Assembly: GCA_009103225.1 (NCBI GenBank)
Contig: RHPI01003079.1
Span: forward strand, 176,029 to 240,028
DNA length: 64,000 nt
From: Chlorokybus atmophyticus
Taxonomy: Eukaryota > Plantae > Mesostigma and Chlorokybus algae
Direction of reading: 5' to 3'
In this document: positions 12,357 through 25,000 of the stretch, piece after piece
Layout: each line of letters begins with the position of its first letter
How positions within the stretch are numbered: position 1 is the first letter of the stretch
Program-made: the position numbers and the translations under genes
The notes under the pieces: model-generated
What the model was told of the DNA's origin: nothing
Databases searched by the model: none
What the model saw: the letters and a program-made list of their open reading frames with translations, nothing else

Positions 12357-14009
12357 CTTACCACATACCACTAGCTTGCCATCCCGCACGAGTTGCAATT
12401 GCCGCTCACGCAATACCTCACTGCACCGTGACACTGACCAATCTGCCCGTGACATATAGTTGGCTTCAACCATGACCACGAGGCCATTGCGGCCAAGTTC
12501 TATGAGGTGTACCGAACGCCCAAGGAGTGCCCCTTCCACTGGAGTGTCGCCTTGAAGAAAGCTACGCAGGTCCGGTTTAAGAATGTCACCAAGATCAAGC
12601 ATGTCCTTGAGAAGGAGTACAAGTGGACACTGTTTAACAGCAACAAGCGCAAGTGAGTTGGGTCCCTCACCACCATATCTGCTATGCAACACTGCCTTCT
12701 TACTCAGCCTCCATACACACCTACGCATCATCGCCTATTGTAACCAATTCAATCAGTCACATCGACGCCCTAATGGACCCCGAGACCCAAAAAGCGCAGA
12801 TGCGCAACACGCACTAAAGTAAGTCATATGCACTATTCTAGCCTAGTGCAGGCTTGACTTGAACTATGTATATCGTGACTAATGCCTTGTTGGTATGACT
12901 TTCGCAGATAAGCCAAGGCGGAAATTTGAGGTGACCAACAATGCAGACCCGGAGCGGAGGAGATACATCCATAAATGGGGCAATCCCATAATTTGGCAAA
13001 CGATCGTGCAATGCTGGTCTTACGCCGTCATTACACCTGGTCGGCGGCAGCTGACAGTCAACCACCTCGCACACTTGTTGCTTACGGTAAGCACTATAAA
13101 CTTAATCACTAGCAATTCAGGAATGTTGTAGCCCCAAACTACAGGCTTGCAGACTCGCTGCTGTGAATAGTGGCTTTCAATGCCACTAAGACATGCATGT
13201 AAACTACGTAGGTGGAGCGCAATTTAAAGGGCAAGGATGGAGACCATTTTATAGCTACTAGCATCGACACACATGAAGAGTACTGCAGCGAAATCAACAC
13301 CATGATCACGTTAATGAAGCGGGAAATGAGGCAACGGTACGCAGCCCCTCCAGCCATTCAACCTTGTCAAACGCCGCACTGCATCTTGTGTCGAATACCT
13401 GAAAGATCTCAATCGGCGCCAGCCGCAAGAGACGTCTGCTCATGACCCGCTCGCTGAGGCAGAAGCGGCATTTAACCGGCTGACGCAACCGTCAGAGGAG
13501 GAGGAAGAGCAAGCCCCGGCGTCTCCTCTACATGCCCCAGGCGCGTGGTGCTTTGTTTCATGATGACGAGCAAAGCGATAATGGAGAGAAGCTGTAGCGC
13601 AGTTGGTAGTTCGTTTAGCTGGTAATGTACACAGCTGCAAGGCTCTTGTGACTTAGTGTTGTGCATCTTAAAGCAGCTCAGTCAATTGTCATTATGCTCA
13701 TGCATGTTAAAACTTGCATCCCTATTATATATAGAACTGCAGGCACCCGAGTCACATAATCGAACTACAAGCCTTGGCAAGTGACTGGGAGACATTTCGT
13801 TCATTTTGTACACATTTCAGGTACCTGTTCACAGCACAGGCACATAACGATGCTGGCAGTCAGTGACAGACGCGTGTAGTCATGCTATGCAAATACATAT
13901 AACGACAGTTAGGCATCAGTCACCTTCAGTTGCTTGAAGAATGCCTTATCTTGTAGACAACTTCCTAGTTGGTGCTTGTGAATTAGGCTAAGTCACCTGC
14001 GCTGAACTG

Positions 14010-14215
14010 GCGAGTAACCTGCAGGTGCCTGTTAAGTAGGTATAGTCACCTGTTAAGGCCTAATGTGCAACTTATAGGTGCCGGTTAATTGGTGATAGTC
14101 CCCTGTTAAGGCCTGATAAGTAATGACAGGTGCTTGTTGATTAGATATAGTCACTTGTTAAGTAACTAATAGGTGCCTATTAATTACGCACAGTCAAATG
14201 TTAAAGACTAAATTG
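14010..14215. repeat. Imperfect tandem repeat, about 45-55 bp unit, about 4 copies
   Basis: Recurring AGGTGCCTGTTAA...ATAGTCACCTGTTAAGGCCT. Confidence 0.7.
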
Positions 14216-16028
14216 TAACGGAAAGGGGCTGATGGTTACAGAAGTTGTACTCAGGTCCGGTATCGAGTTTACAGATGGACTAAGCCACGACAGTCTAAAT
14301 TAGTATCTTCAGGTGCACGGCCGTTGCCAATAGTTGGTCGGCCGACAGGAGAAACATTTTGCGATGTAGGTGTTGCATCTTTCTTGAATCATGGCAATGC
14401 ACAAGTGTTGCATACCATGGTTGACCGGCGCTGTACAATATGGTGATGTCAGTGCCATCTTGCTGTGCATAGTCCTCCAATAACACATTGAGGGAGCTTT
14501 CAATAAAGCTTTGTGGCACCTGTGTAAGCATGAGACGCGTTTTGCATGAAACATACAGGTAAGGTACTATGTGCGTATGTGGGTGCGCGTGTGTGCATCA
14601 GCGTTGACGTGCTGTATGTGTCTGTGTCTGTGTCTGTGTGTGTGTGCGCGTGCGCGCGTGTGTGCTGTGTTGAAGGGTGTACAATGAGTCCATTCCACTG
14701 CCTGTGCTGCGCGCATGCATGCTCATCCCAGGCAAAAACAGACATGCACAACATCACACTAACGCACGCGCACACATGCATACATTCAAAGCAGAGCCTC
14801 TGCGCATGCACAGCCCACCAACATCAACACGTGTGCACGTGCGTGCGTGCGTGCGTGCGTGCGCAAATACTAACCATGCAAGCAAAACTTACTTTGTACG
14901 ACCATGAACCAATTGACATCCAACAGCAGCCTGCCCCTTGCCGTCGCACATTGCACGACCTGCAAATTAGACATAATAGGTGTTGCATGTTCTTCATCAA
15001 TGCCTCACAAGTGTTGCGTACCCTGGTTCACCGGCGCTGCACACACTGATGATGTAATCTTGCTGTGCTTAGTCCTCCGATAACACCATGTGGGAGCCTG
15101 CATTTAAGCTTTGAGATACCTGTGCGAGCACGGAAATCGCTGTACATTAACCATACACGTATGGAACTGCAAGTGCATATGCCTGTGCGTGTGCGATTAC
15201 GTTGTTTGCATGCGTAGTGTGCTGCGTGCATTAGTGTTGATGTGCCGCGTGTGTGTGCTAATGCTCTGCATTCTGTTTGTGTGCGATAGTGTTGGAGCGC
15301 TGCATGTGTCTGGTCTACGTTCTGGTTGCATGTGTGTAAGTGTGTACATGAGTTGGTGTTGACGTGCTGTGCGCGTGTGCCTGCTTAGCACTGTATGTGT
15401 GTGCGCTGACGCGTCAGTATTGTTGTGCTCTGTGCTGTGTGTACAAAAGATGCAAGGGGCATTTATCTGTCTTTGCCTATGTGTGTGCGTGCGCGCGCAT
15501 GCGCCACATGGTGTGCATTGCCGGAATCACAACACCGCATTAGATGACACATGCTTATAAACACACCAAGCACACACAACTCCTTTACAAACGGTAACAA
15601 GCACAACGAAGCACTTACACTACTATTTCTTGTTCGTACTAGTATTGGTACTTACACGGACAAACACGCACTCCTCACAATAGCACACCTGCATTAGCTG
15701 AGCAAGCACACACACACACGCCGCCTGCTGCGCAGGGGTGTGCTTACTTTGACTTGTTGGGGGTTGGGCTAAGTAAGTTGTAGTCAGAAGTCACGTAGCC
15801 TGACGTACATGCTCCCGCTGTGAGGTGAGTGTATTGGTCTTTTTAGTTGCTATGTTCTATTGTTAATAAGCTATGGTGTGCCTATGGAGTTGTGGCACAG
15901 TAAAAGACTACTTGTCTTAGTCCTGTACACTCTCACACTAGCGCAGCACATAGGGTTGTTCGCTTACTTGCAAGGTTGCAACGGCAATGATAAAGGCGAT
16001 AGCCACGACAATGCCAACGCCTCGGGGC

Positions 16029-16229
16029 TGTCATGCCTGCTGCCCACGCATACCAGCCTTCATCGAGCATGTCTACATCAAAACCATCGCCCGGCTTACC
16101 AGCATACCGGCGCGCGCGCGTCACTGACCAGTAGCTAGGTCACGACTCCAGCGTAGCTCACGACCATAGCCTACATAGGCACCGCGCGTAGCTGTTCGGT
16201 TGTGAGTTTAGTTATAAGTTGTGTTCTAT
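16029..16229 (+). repeat. G1 5' LTR, portion matching the 3' copy (true 3' end probably further right, not determined)
   Basis: Aligns with 37392-37592. Confidence 0.85.
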
Positions 16230-17250
16230 ACCAAGTGACAATTGCTGTGGAAGTAGCCTCGATATGACCGTCAGCTCATGTTCTGAATAATCATAATTTG
16301 ACTTGTATAAGTAGTCACAGTGTTCACCGGATCAACTGGTGACACTGTGAGTGAGAAAGCTAAAAGCTTGTGAAACGACTTGAATTGCGAACACGCCATC
16401 CCGGTTACCAAGCACCCCCCTCACTGTGTGAGAGCCTGTGCATGCTCATGTGTGCATCGTGCTTGTTATTGCTGTGAGCTTGGTGTGCCTGGTTGCAGTG
16501 TGTTTGTTGGCATTAGTCAGGGCATAGTATCCACGTGTTGCTTGCTCATTCACCTCACTTAACAGTGTAACACATTTTTCGCTCATGCAAAGAACTATGT
16601 AAACAGCACTACCTTTAGTAGTGGCTTGTTGACTCGCAGTGTCACCCTCTTTGCTCAAGTGAGTGGGTTGCATTCTGCATCAGATAGTGCAGTCTGAATC
16701 TAGGGACACAACCTTGTGCATTCACTGTCATTACATAGTGCGTACACAAGCACTAGTGTGGTGAGTGGTAGCGGCATCGAGACAGGCAGTAGAGCACAAA
16801 CACTCTACCTTGCATACACTTTCACCTTCGAACTAGCTGTATGAGCAAGCCCACCCCGTTCTCTCCAATAGACGAGGGTGACCTCAGCAGCTGCAGCCCA
16901 ACCTCCAATCTCACCTACGAGCGGACCAGCGACGAGAGCAACGATCGTAGCAGCAGAGGCTTGCGTTCTATCTCCAACTTCCCTCCGTTCTTGTCCACTC
17001 CTTGGCATCGAGCCTCCCCACTCTCGTCCAACAGTGACGACTACGAGAGAAGTCTTCCAGCTCAACCACGTCCCTGCGCTTTTCCGGACGTGCTGGCACT
17101 ACCTCGCTGGACAAATTCATCATCAAGTTCCGTTCCAAGATGCAACAGCAGACTCTAAAGAACAAAGACTGGTCCGATGAGATCTCTTTTCACATTGCTG
17201 CTTAGTATCTGGACCATGAAGCACATGATGACTGAAAGTCTGTTGCTGAA

Positions 17251-18357
17251 TTGCATCGAGTTGATGGCTATGGCGAGCTCGCCAATACCATAACATCTGC
17301 GTCACTGCTCAGTCCACCAACCGTCTTTCCACCTGCCACTCCCGCTGCAGTCAGCGGGTTGTCCATAGCGGCAGCCATTGACAGAGCAGAGGAGGAGGAA
17401 CCTGAGTTGGTAATCGTTAACCTGACCCCTGCAGAGATTAAGATCAAGACGGCCGCGCGACGGGCCCGGATCCTGGACCGTTCTGCTGCCATCCTTGAAG
17501 AACAACGAACTGCAGCTGTTCAGGTGGGCACACCTCTACCTTTGGCAACACCTGGCTCTCGTGCGGGGGGCAGTGCTTTCACCCTCGGGTCAGTCGCACT
17601 GCGCGCACCAGCCATCACTGTAGGTGCTGCCATCTGTGACTCTCCCCTCAAGGATCTATACGCTGCACTTCATTGCACCTTCCCACCGCAGACCACTAGC
17701 AAAGTGGAGGAGTTGAGGCGGTTCCGATGCAAGCCCAGTGAGGACCCTCTACGCCTGTACTCCAGACTGGAAGGTTCGTTGAAGGGCACTGACTACAAAA
17801 TCGTCAGTGACGAGGTTGCTGTAGTGGTATATGTCAATGAGTTGGATGCGACCCTGAGCGAGTCGACGCGCCTGACCCTGAACTACAGCAGGCCCTTTGG
17901 CTACACGCTCAAGGAAGCTTTCGAGACTGCATAAGCCATCCATAAGCGTTTGGTGTATGAGCAGGCAGTGCTGGACACCAACCGCAGTGCCTCACGGCCT
18001 GTAGCCAGCACAAATGTCGAGCCTCCTCGCCACGACCGTGGCCGGGACGCTCAACCAGCACGCGACAAAGGGAAACGGTCAACGCATACTGCTTTGCCTG
18101 CCCCTGTGCTATGTCACGGATGTGGACGGCATGGGCACTACCAAAAGGAGTGCACCGAAGAGTACTCAACTCTGGTCTGCGACTACAGTCACAAGCCAGG
18201 CCACTTGGAATCAGTTTGCTGGCTCAAGTTCCTTGATCTAAGACCCGCCAACAGCTACAACGGCAACAACTTTGGTGGCTACAACAGCAACAACACTGGA
18301 GGCCACAACAGCAATCACACCGGAGGCCATAGCAACACCAACTACGCCCGCTCGTAA
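17251..18357 (+). pseudogene. gag: G1 gag with two CCHC zinc knuckles (stop/frameshift near 17934)
   Basis: FPPQTTSKVEELRRF...TDYKIVSDEVAVVVY aligns with G2 gag (YPQSTPAKVRELSYF...TDYKVMTDLTAAVVY); CHGCGRHGHYQKEC and CDYSHKPGHLESVC. Confidence 0.8.
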
Positions 18358-18383
18358 GGAAGAGCAAGGCTACAGGGGGAAGA

Positions 18384-18803
18384 TGTTGAAGGACTAGCAT
18401 GCACATGTAGTTGAGGCAAGCATAGACACACAGAGACAGAGCTACCGCCACCAGAGCATACACAAGTCACATCACATTTTATTACAAGTTGTCCGCTGGT
18501 TCTTATACCAGCCAGTTACACACACGTCTACGTTGCAAGCACTGCGTAAGCTATACTCAGCGTTTTGACGCGCTCTAAGCTGCGTTATCTTTCTTACAAC
18601 TATAGCTTTTCAACAAGCTCTTACACGCTCAATATGAGTAAGTATACGCGGAGATACAAAGCAGTTAGTAAGGCTCCAGTCTGGAGTCCGGAGTCTAGTC
18701 CGACGACGCCATCTTGCTAAGTCCGGTCCTAGTGCTCGTCCTTACGACCTTCTACTCCTGTGTGGAGGGTTGATGCTGATCGTATGTAGGAATACTCTCA
18801 GCA
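18384..18803 (-). mobile_element. Solo LTR of the C2 Copia family inserted in G1
   Basis: Near-identical to 41453-41877 and 46403-46827; GAAGA duplication at 18379-18383 and 18804-18808. Confidence 0.95.
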
Positions 18804-21789
18804 GAAGAATCGTTCTCCTCAACGCAAGAAACTGGAAGGACGTCCGCGCACTGCTGCTTTTGCCAAGGCTCCAGCCAACCCGCCAGCTGACGACCATATG
18901 GCTGCCCTCATGGCGCGTATAGCACGCTTGGAGGAAGACAAGGAGCAGGACTACCGCGCCAGCTACTCTGCCCGGTGGGCACTGATGGCTCCAAAGCGCA
19001 CGAGAAACACCAGCACTCCGTCACGTATTCAACCATCCCGACGAGTTCGAGGGGAAGCCGCAACATCGTCAGCCGCTACCTCCTCTGAAGCCACCAGTGG
19101 TGCTGCACCAGCAGCAACAGTTACACCGGCTACTACGTCGTCTCCGTCAACATCAGCAGCAACTGCTCTAATTTCACCAGAAGTTGGTATATTAATGAGC
19201 ACCGTAACGCCAACAATGGTGAGCACGCTGGCAACAGCCACTGCTGTCACCGACCTTGCAGCAGTAGGTCGCACCGGTCCCGCTTCAACTGCAGGACCAC
19301 CTGTGTTAGCAAGTGTTGAGACCACTCTCGCGCCACCGAGCGGCACTTACGCCACCACCGGCAGTGCCATTATCGAGAGCCTGCTGCCACTGCAGCGACA
19401 CGCGCAGCTACATTGCTCGCCCTCGACGTCACTCAAGCTGTCCCGCGAGGTCAGCAAGCTGAGCGTGTATGGGAGACCATCATGCGTGGAGCAGATCCTA
19501 CTACCATTGCTTTTGGGCGCGGAGGGGAGCACACAACACGCGTTGAACGCAATGACCGAGTCTTCCCACTGCCTGAATATCACACGATGCCAGAACAGAC
19601 TCATCAGCAACTGGAGGATGAATTCCTCGCTGGCACGGCGCCTCCCATGCAAGACCGTGTTATTGTAGTTAAAACATTTGTTGTACTGGAGTTGGCACTA
19701 CAGCTGTTTCTGAACTCTGCATAACAACATGCAGACGGCACCATGCCAGCCCGCACAAGTCCGTCATGAACTCTTTGAGCCAAGCCCGATGGACACGTAT
19801 CGGGACAGGCAACCCAACGTACAGCAGCATATTGTTGATACAGCCGACATGCCCCTGAGTGACAACGAAGCACCGAGGCCCCTCAATACCGTTCGACTTC
19901 ATGAGCGCTACACCGCGCTAGAACAGGCTTTCACTTGGCGACAGGATCAAGCGGCAACAATTGACACAAGAGCGCACGCCCTTGCCAATGCTCGCGCTGA
20001 CGTTCTTCAACCCACAGTCGCTGGCCCATCATCCAGCTCGACACCCCTCATCGATGGGCCCGACATTGACCAGACGAGGGCACTGGCCCAACAAACCAGG
20101 GGGGTGATCGCCCCGCTGCTACCCGCTTTGTTGAAAGACTTGTCTGACAATTAACAAGATCCAGGGAGAGGCTACCTCACCGCAAGGGTGAACACAAGGA
20201 GATGAAGCAGGTTCAATTGGAGAACAGCAACTTCGCACTGCCCTGTTGCGACAAGCAACTATGCTGCACCGGCAAGAAGACATCGGCCTGAGACGGATGT
20301 TGGGGATGCGATAAGGTGGTAATGCAACTCGAGCAAGACTGGTGACTTGGCTAGTCACCAATCACCCCGCCGTTCCCCTGTTCGCATTCGGCACCAGATT
20401 GTTCTGGTTGGACGCGTTCTTGCGCTCGCTACGGCAAGCCTATATCGAGGTTGCCTCGGCAGCCACTGACACCTTAGAAGGAGCTTAAGAGACCATATTG
20501 AGGTTGCCAGGGGTGGAAGCAGCGCGGCAATGCAGACGCATCGCAACTGCTTATGAGCAGCATGTCCGACAGTCAAAGATTTACCTCACTGTGCGGGCAC
20601 GAGCAACAACGGTGCTGAAAGTGGCAGCGGTTAATGGCAGATGGGATGCCTACATGACAAGGATCCTAAGGGTTCCCACCATCACCCACAACATAAGAGC
20701 GCGGCTCTTGCGCGTAGTGTATCTCTAGCCTATGCCTCAGCATCACCGCTGGAGTGACGTGGTGAACAACCCAACAGCCACATGAGAGGGTACACTGGTC
20801 GAGGAGGCAGCTCATGCAATACGCTGGACTTATGTGAAAGAGCAGGCTGCACGGGAGGTGGGCCCACAAACACCTGGTCCTCCAGAGTTTCCCCAACAGT
20901 CACTGGCTACGCCACCAGGAATGACCCCGGCCACACAGAGGCGCAATCCCCCTATGCCACAACCAAGGGCAACCACAGGCAGCACCGCCAACACCCAGGC
21001 CACAGCGTGTTGATCAACAGCCAAGACAAGGACGGCTCCGGCCAGGCTGCGGTCAAGGAGGATCTCAAGACCCAGCTGGTCGAGAGGCGCTTGCCGCACT
21101 GCGCTCGACACCACCGGAGGAGACTGCAGCAGCAGTCACCCCATGCACGCGCTACCAACGATTCAAGCGGCTGCGCATCCACGCCAATGTAGCCATGATT
21201 GCCAACCAAGGCAAGCATGTCACTATCAATTGACAAGCACCCAAGCATGTTATGCTGGAATCTGGAGCCCAGCCTGTCATTATCGGACGTTACCTCGCAC
21301 GCAACCTTGGCATCTGTTGAAGATATTCCTACATCCGGTCAGCCTGTCCTGGATACAAGAGAGAAGAGAAGGGACCTCGATGGGAGGACCTCGAAGACTC
21401 CGGACATGAAGGTCCTGGCGCGGACTGCAGAGAAGGGTCCTAGGAGAATCGTCATATCTCCTAGAATACTCAGTCATTTGGGACGTGGCATAGCTTGTTG
21501 GAAAGCTTGTCAAGTTAGCTACGTGGCACATCTTACAGCGTAGGATTCGGTTCAGTAGATCGGACGCTGTTGCGTTTAGACCAGCAATGTGTACAAACTG
21601 TGTACTAACTGGCGGGTATATAACCCCGCAGTTTGTTGGTAATAAATCGGGAAGTGTGTTGCCTTCTCCTGTGTGTTATTGCTTGCCCTCTTCACTTGCA
21701 TGCTTGCTTCTCAACAGGTTATGGGCCCACACTACGCGTGAAGAGTGTGAGAAAGAGAAAGAAAGCGAAGTGAAGAAAAGTGACAAAGT

Positions 21790-22010
21790 GCATTGAAGTG
21801 AAGCTCGAAGTCACTCAAGACTGAAGAGTGAAGAGAAGACCGAAGTCACTCAAGACTGAAGGCGCTGAAGAGTGAAGTGAAGACCAAAGTCACTCAAGAC
21901 TAAAGGCGCTGAAGAGTGAAGTGAAGATCGAAGTCATTCAAGACCGAAGTCATTGAAGTCACTCAAGAGTGAAGTGTAGATTAAAGATACTGAAGTCAAC
22001 AAAGTCACTC
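21790..22010 (+). repeat. Tandem repeats in the C1 5' UTR
   Basis: GAAGTCACTCAAGACTGAAG...AGTGAAG repeated about 4-5 times. Confidence 0.75.
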
Positions 22011-22083
22011 AAGTCACAACACGTGAAGATTATTAAAGCAAGTCTCAAGTGCTAACTGCAAGAAGAAAGCAGGCGCGGCAAAG

Positions 22084-25000
22084 ATGGAGGCAAGCTACGA
22101 TAAAGGGCTGATCACAAAGCTGGACACAAACAACTACAGCACTTGGTGCGTAGAGATGAAGGCACTACTTATCCACAAGAAGATGTGGAAGTATGTTGAC
22201 CCGAAGGCATCTGCACCAAGAGCAGGAGAAGAAAGCATCTGGCTTGAACACTCAGTTGAAGCACATTCATTGATGGTGCTTAACTGCAAGCCACATCACT
22301 TTCCCATGCTCACAGCATGTGAAGATGGCAGACAAGCTTGGGAGAAGCTTGCAGCCGTATTTCAAGCTAAGAACAACGCCAGAAAGATACAATTACGCAA
22401 GCAGCTAAGCGCGCTTCATAAAGAGACGGCCGAGCCGGTCACAAAGTATGTTGCACGTGCGAGAGAGCTGTGGGCGGACCTCATCAACGTCGGCCACAAG
22501 ATGGAAGAGACGGAGGTCGTATTGGCGATTGTTGCAGGACTGCCATTAGAGTACGAAGTTGTCGCTACTCTGCTCGAGACATCGTCATCGGAGCTAACCC
22601 TAGACGATGTGCTACCCAAGTTGCTCACTGTGGAGCAACGCGTCTCAAAGAAGGAAGAGCAAGCGGACTCTGTGGCCTTCTACACACGAGACAAATACAA
22701 GAAATTAAGCAACTATGAAGACAAGAACAAGGCGAAAGGCAGCAACTCAAAGTTCAAAAATCTCACATGCCACTATTGTGGTATTAAAGGACATATCTCA
22801 AAGGATTGTCGTAAGCGCCAACGAGAGCAATCTGAAGCAGGCACCAGTAGCAACGCTCAACGCAAAGAAAAGGGTGTTGCATTTACTGCCTCAAGGAAGT
22901 TTGATACAACTTCATGGGCAATTGACTCAGGCTGTGACCAGCATCTCACACCGCACAAGGAGGTGATGGAGAACTACAGGAAGATGTCAACCACAAGGAA
23001 GGTGGAAGGCTTTAGTGGTCACGAGTTGGAAGCAATAGGAGTTGGTGAAGTGAGGCTTCAATGCAAGATTGGTGATGGTGAGAGAGAGGTGGTACTGCGT
23101 GAAGTATTGCACGTACCTGGAGCTGCTGCAAGCTTGTTTTCTGTGAGAGTTGCTGAGCGCGTGGGAGCTGAGATAGTGATCCGGGAGGGACGCTGCTCCG
23201 TACGCATGGATGGGGTCGAGTACATGGTCGGCACCCAACGAGGAGGGCTCTACATTGTGGAGCAGACTCATGGCAGCAAGGCCATGATTGTGAAGGAGAA
23301 GGAGACGGCTGAGCTTTGGCATCGAAGGTTCGGGCATTTGGGCTACAGCAACCTCACACGCCTGGTCGCTGAAGACATGGTGAAGGGCATTACTGGGAGC
23401 AAGGAAGATTTTCAAGCGTCTTCAACTACGCTCTGTGAACCCTGTGTGTTGGCCAAGCAGCATCGCATGCCGTTCTCATCATCTTCTTCAAGTAGCAAAC
23501 ATCCCTGCGAGCTTGTGCACATGGACGTTTGCGGGCCTATGCGCATTGTGGCGAAAGGAGGGGTAAGGTACTTTGCAACATTCCTCGACGACTACAGCAA
23601 GCTTTCCATCGTCTTCCCTTTGATTCAAAAGTCAGAAGTCGCTGGAGCTGTGCGTACAGTCATTGCATTGCTTGAGATTCAATCGGGCAAGAAGATGAAA
23701 GCAATGAGAAGTGATCGAGGAGGGGAGTACATCAACGCCCAGCTCAAAGAGTTCTTCGCCAGCAAAGGCATACGGCATGAGACAACAGCACCATACACTC
23801 CGCAGCAGAATGGAGCAGCTGAACGTCTCAACCGAACGTTGTTGGAGCGTGTTCGAGCCATGCTCAATGACACCAAGTTGGAGGACAGTCTGTGGAAAGA
23901 GGCCGTTCTCACTGCCAACTACATCCGCAACCGTTCACCGATAAGCTCTGAGCAAAAGACTCCGTGGGAGCTCTTTTACGGTGAAGCGCCAGATGTGAGT
24001 GGCATGCGTGTGTTCGGATGTGTGGCATATGCACTTGTGCCAAGTCAATTGCGACACAAGTTGGAGCCGGTCAGCAAGAAGGGCATCTTCGTTGGCTACG
24101 AACCAGGCTCAAAGGCGTACAAGGTCCTACTGGAGGACACGCGCAAGATTGTGGTGAGCAGAGAAGTCGTGTTCCACGAAGGCTCATCACAAGTTGAAGC
24201 TGAAGAAGGTTTCTACCCTCAAGATGAAGATGACAAAGCACAACCTGAAGAGCTTTCAAGCAGAGAAGAGGTTGAAGGCGAGGCATCAGTCATCAATAAA
24301 GAGCAGGGCTCATCTGTAGCAGGCGAGAAGCAGAAGCAGCAGGAGCAAGCTCGACGCTACCCAGTGAGGGAAAGACAAGCACCTGACTTCTACAAGGCAC
24401 ACATCGCTAGTGTGCACAATGACGAGAGTGAAGAACCAAGCACCTACGAGGAGGCATTGCGAGCACCAGATGCAGAACAATGGCAGCGAGCTATGGATGA
24501 TGAGATTGCATCACTCCATGCCAACAACACATGGGTGTTGGAGAAGCCCCCGCAAGGTGTGAAGCCCATTCCGGTCAAGTGGGTGTTCAAGGTGAAGCGT
24601 GATGGTCAAGGCAACATCGAGCGCTACAAGGCAAGGTTGGTGGCAAAGGGATTTTTGCAACAAGAAGGTGTGGATTTCAATGAAGTGTTTGCACCTGCAA
24701 GTAAGCATGCAACCTTCCGCACATTGATCGCCATGGTTGCTGCTGAAGACCTCGAGTGTCACCACCTTGATGTGAAGACTGCTTTCCTTTACGGAGAGCT
24801 GGAGGAAGAGATCTACACCAAGCAACCACCAGGCTACGCAGAAGGGGAGCCAGGCATGGCTTGCAAGTTGATCAAGGCTTTGTATGGGCTGCGACAAGCA
24901 CCACGTGTGTGGCACATTCGCCTCACGAAAGAGTTGGAGAAACTCGGCTACAAAGCATCCTCAGCGGATCCGGGGCTCTTCATCCATGAAGAGAAGAAGG

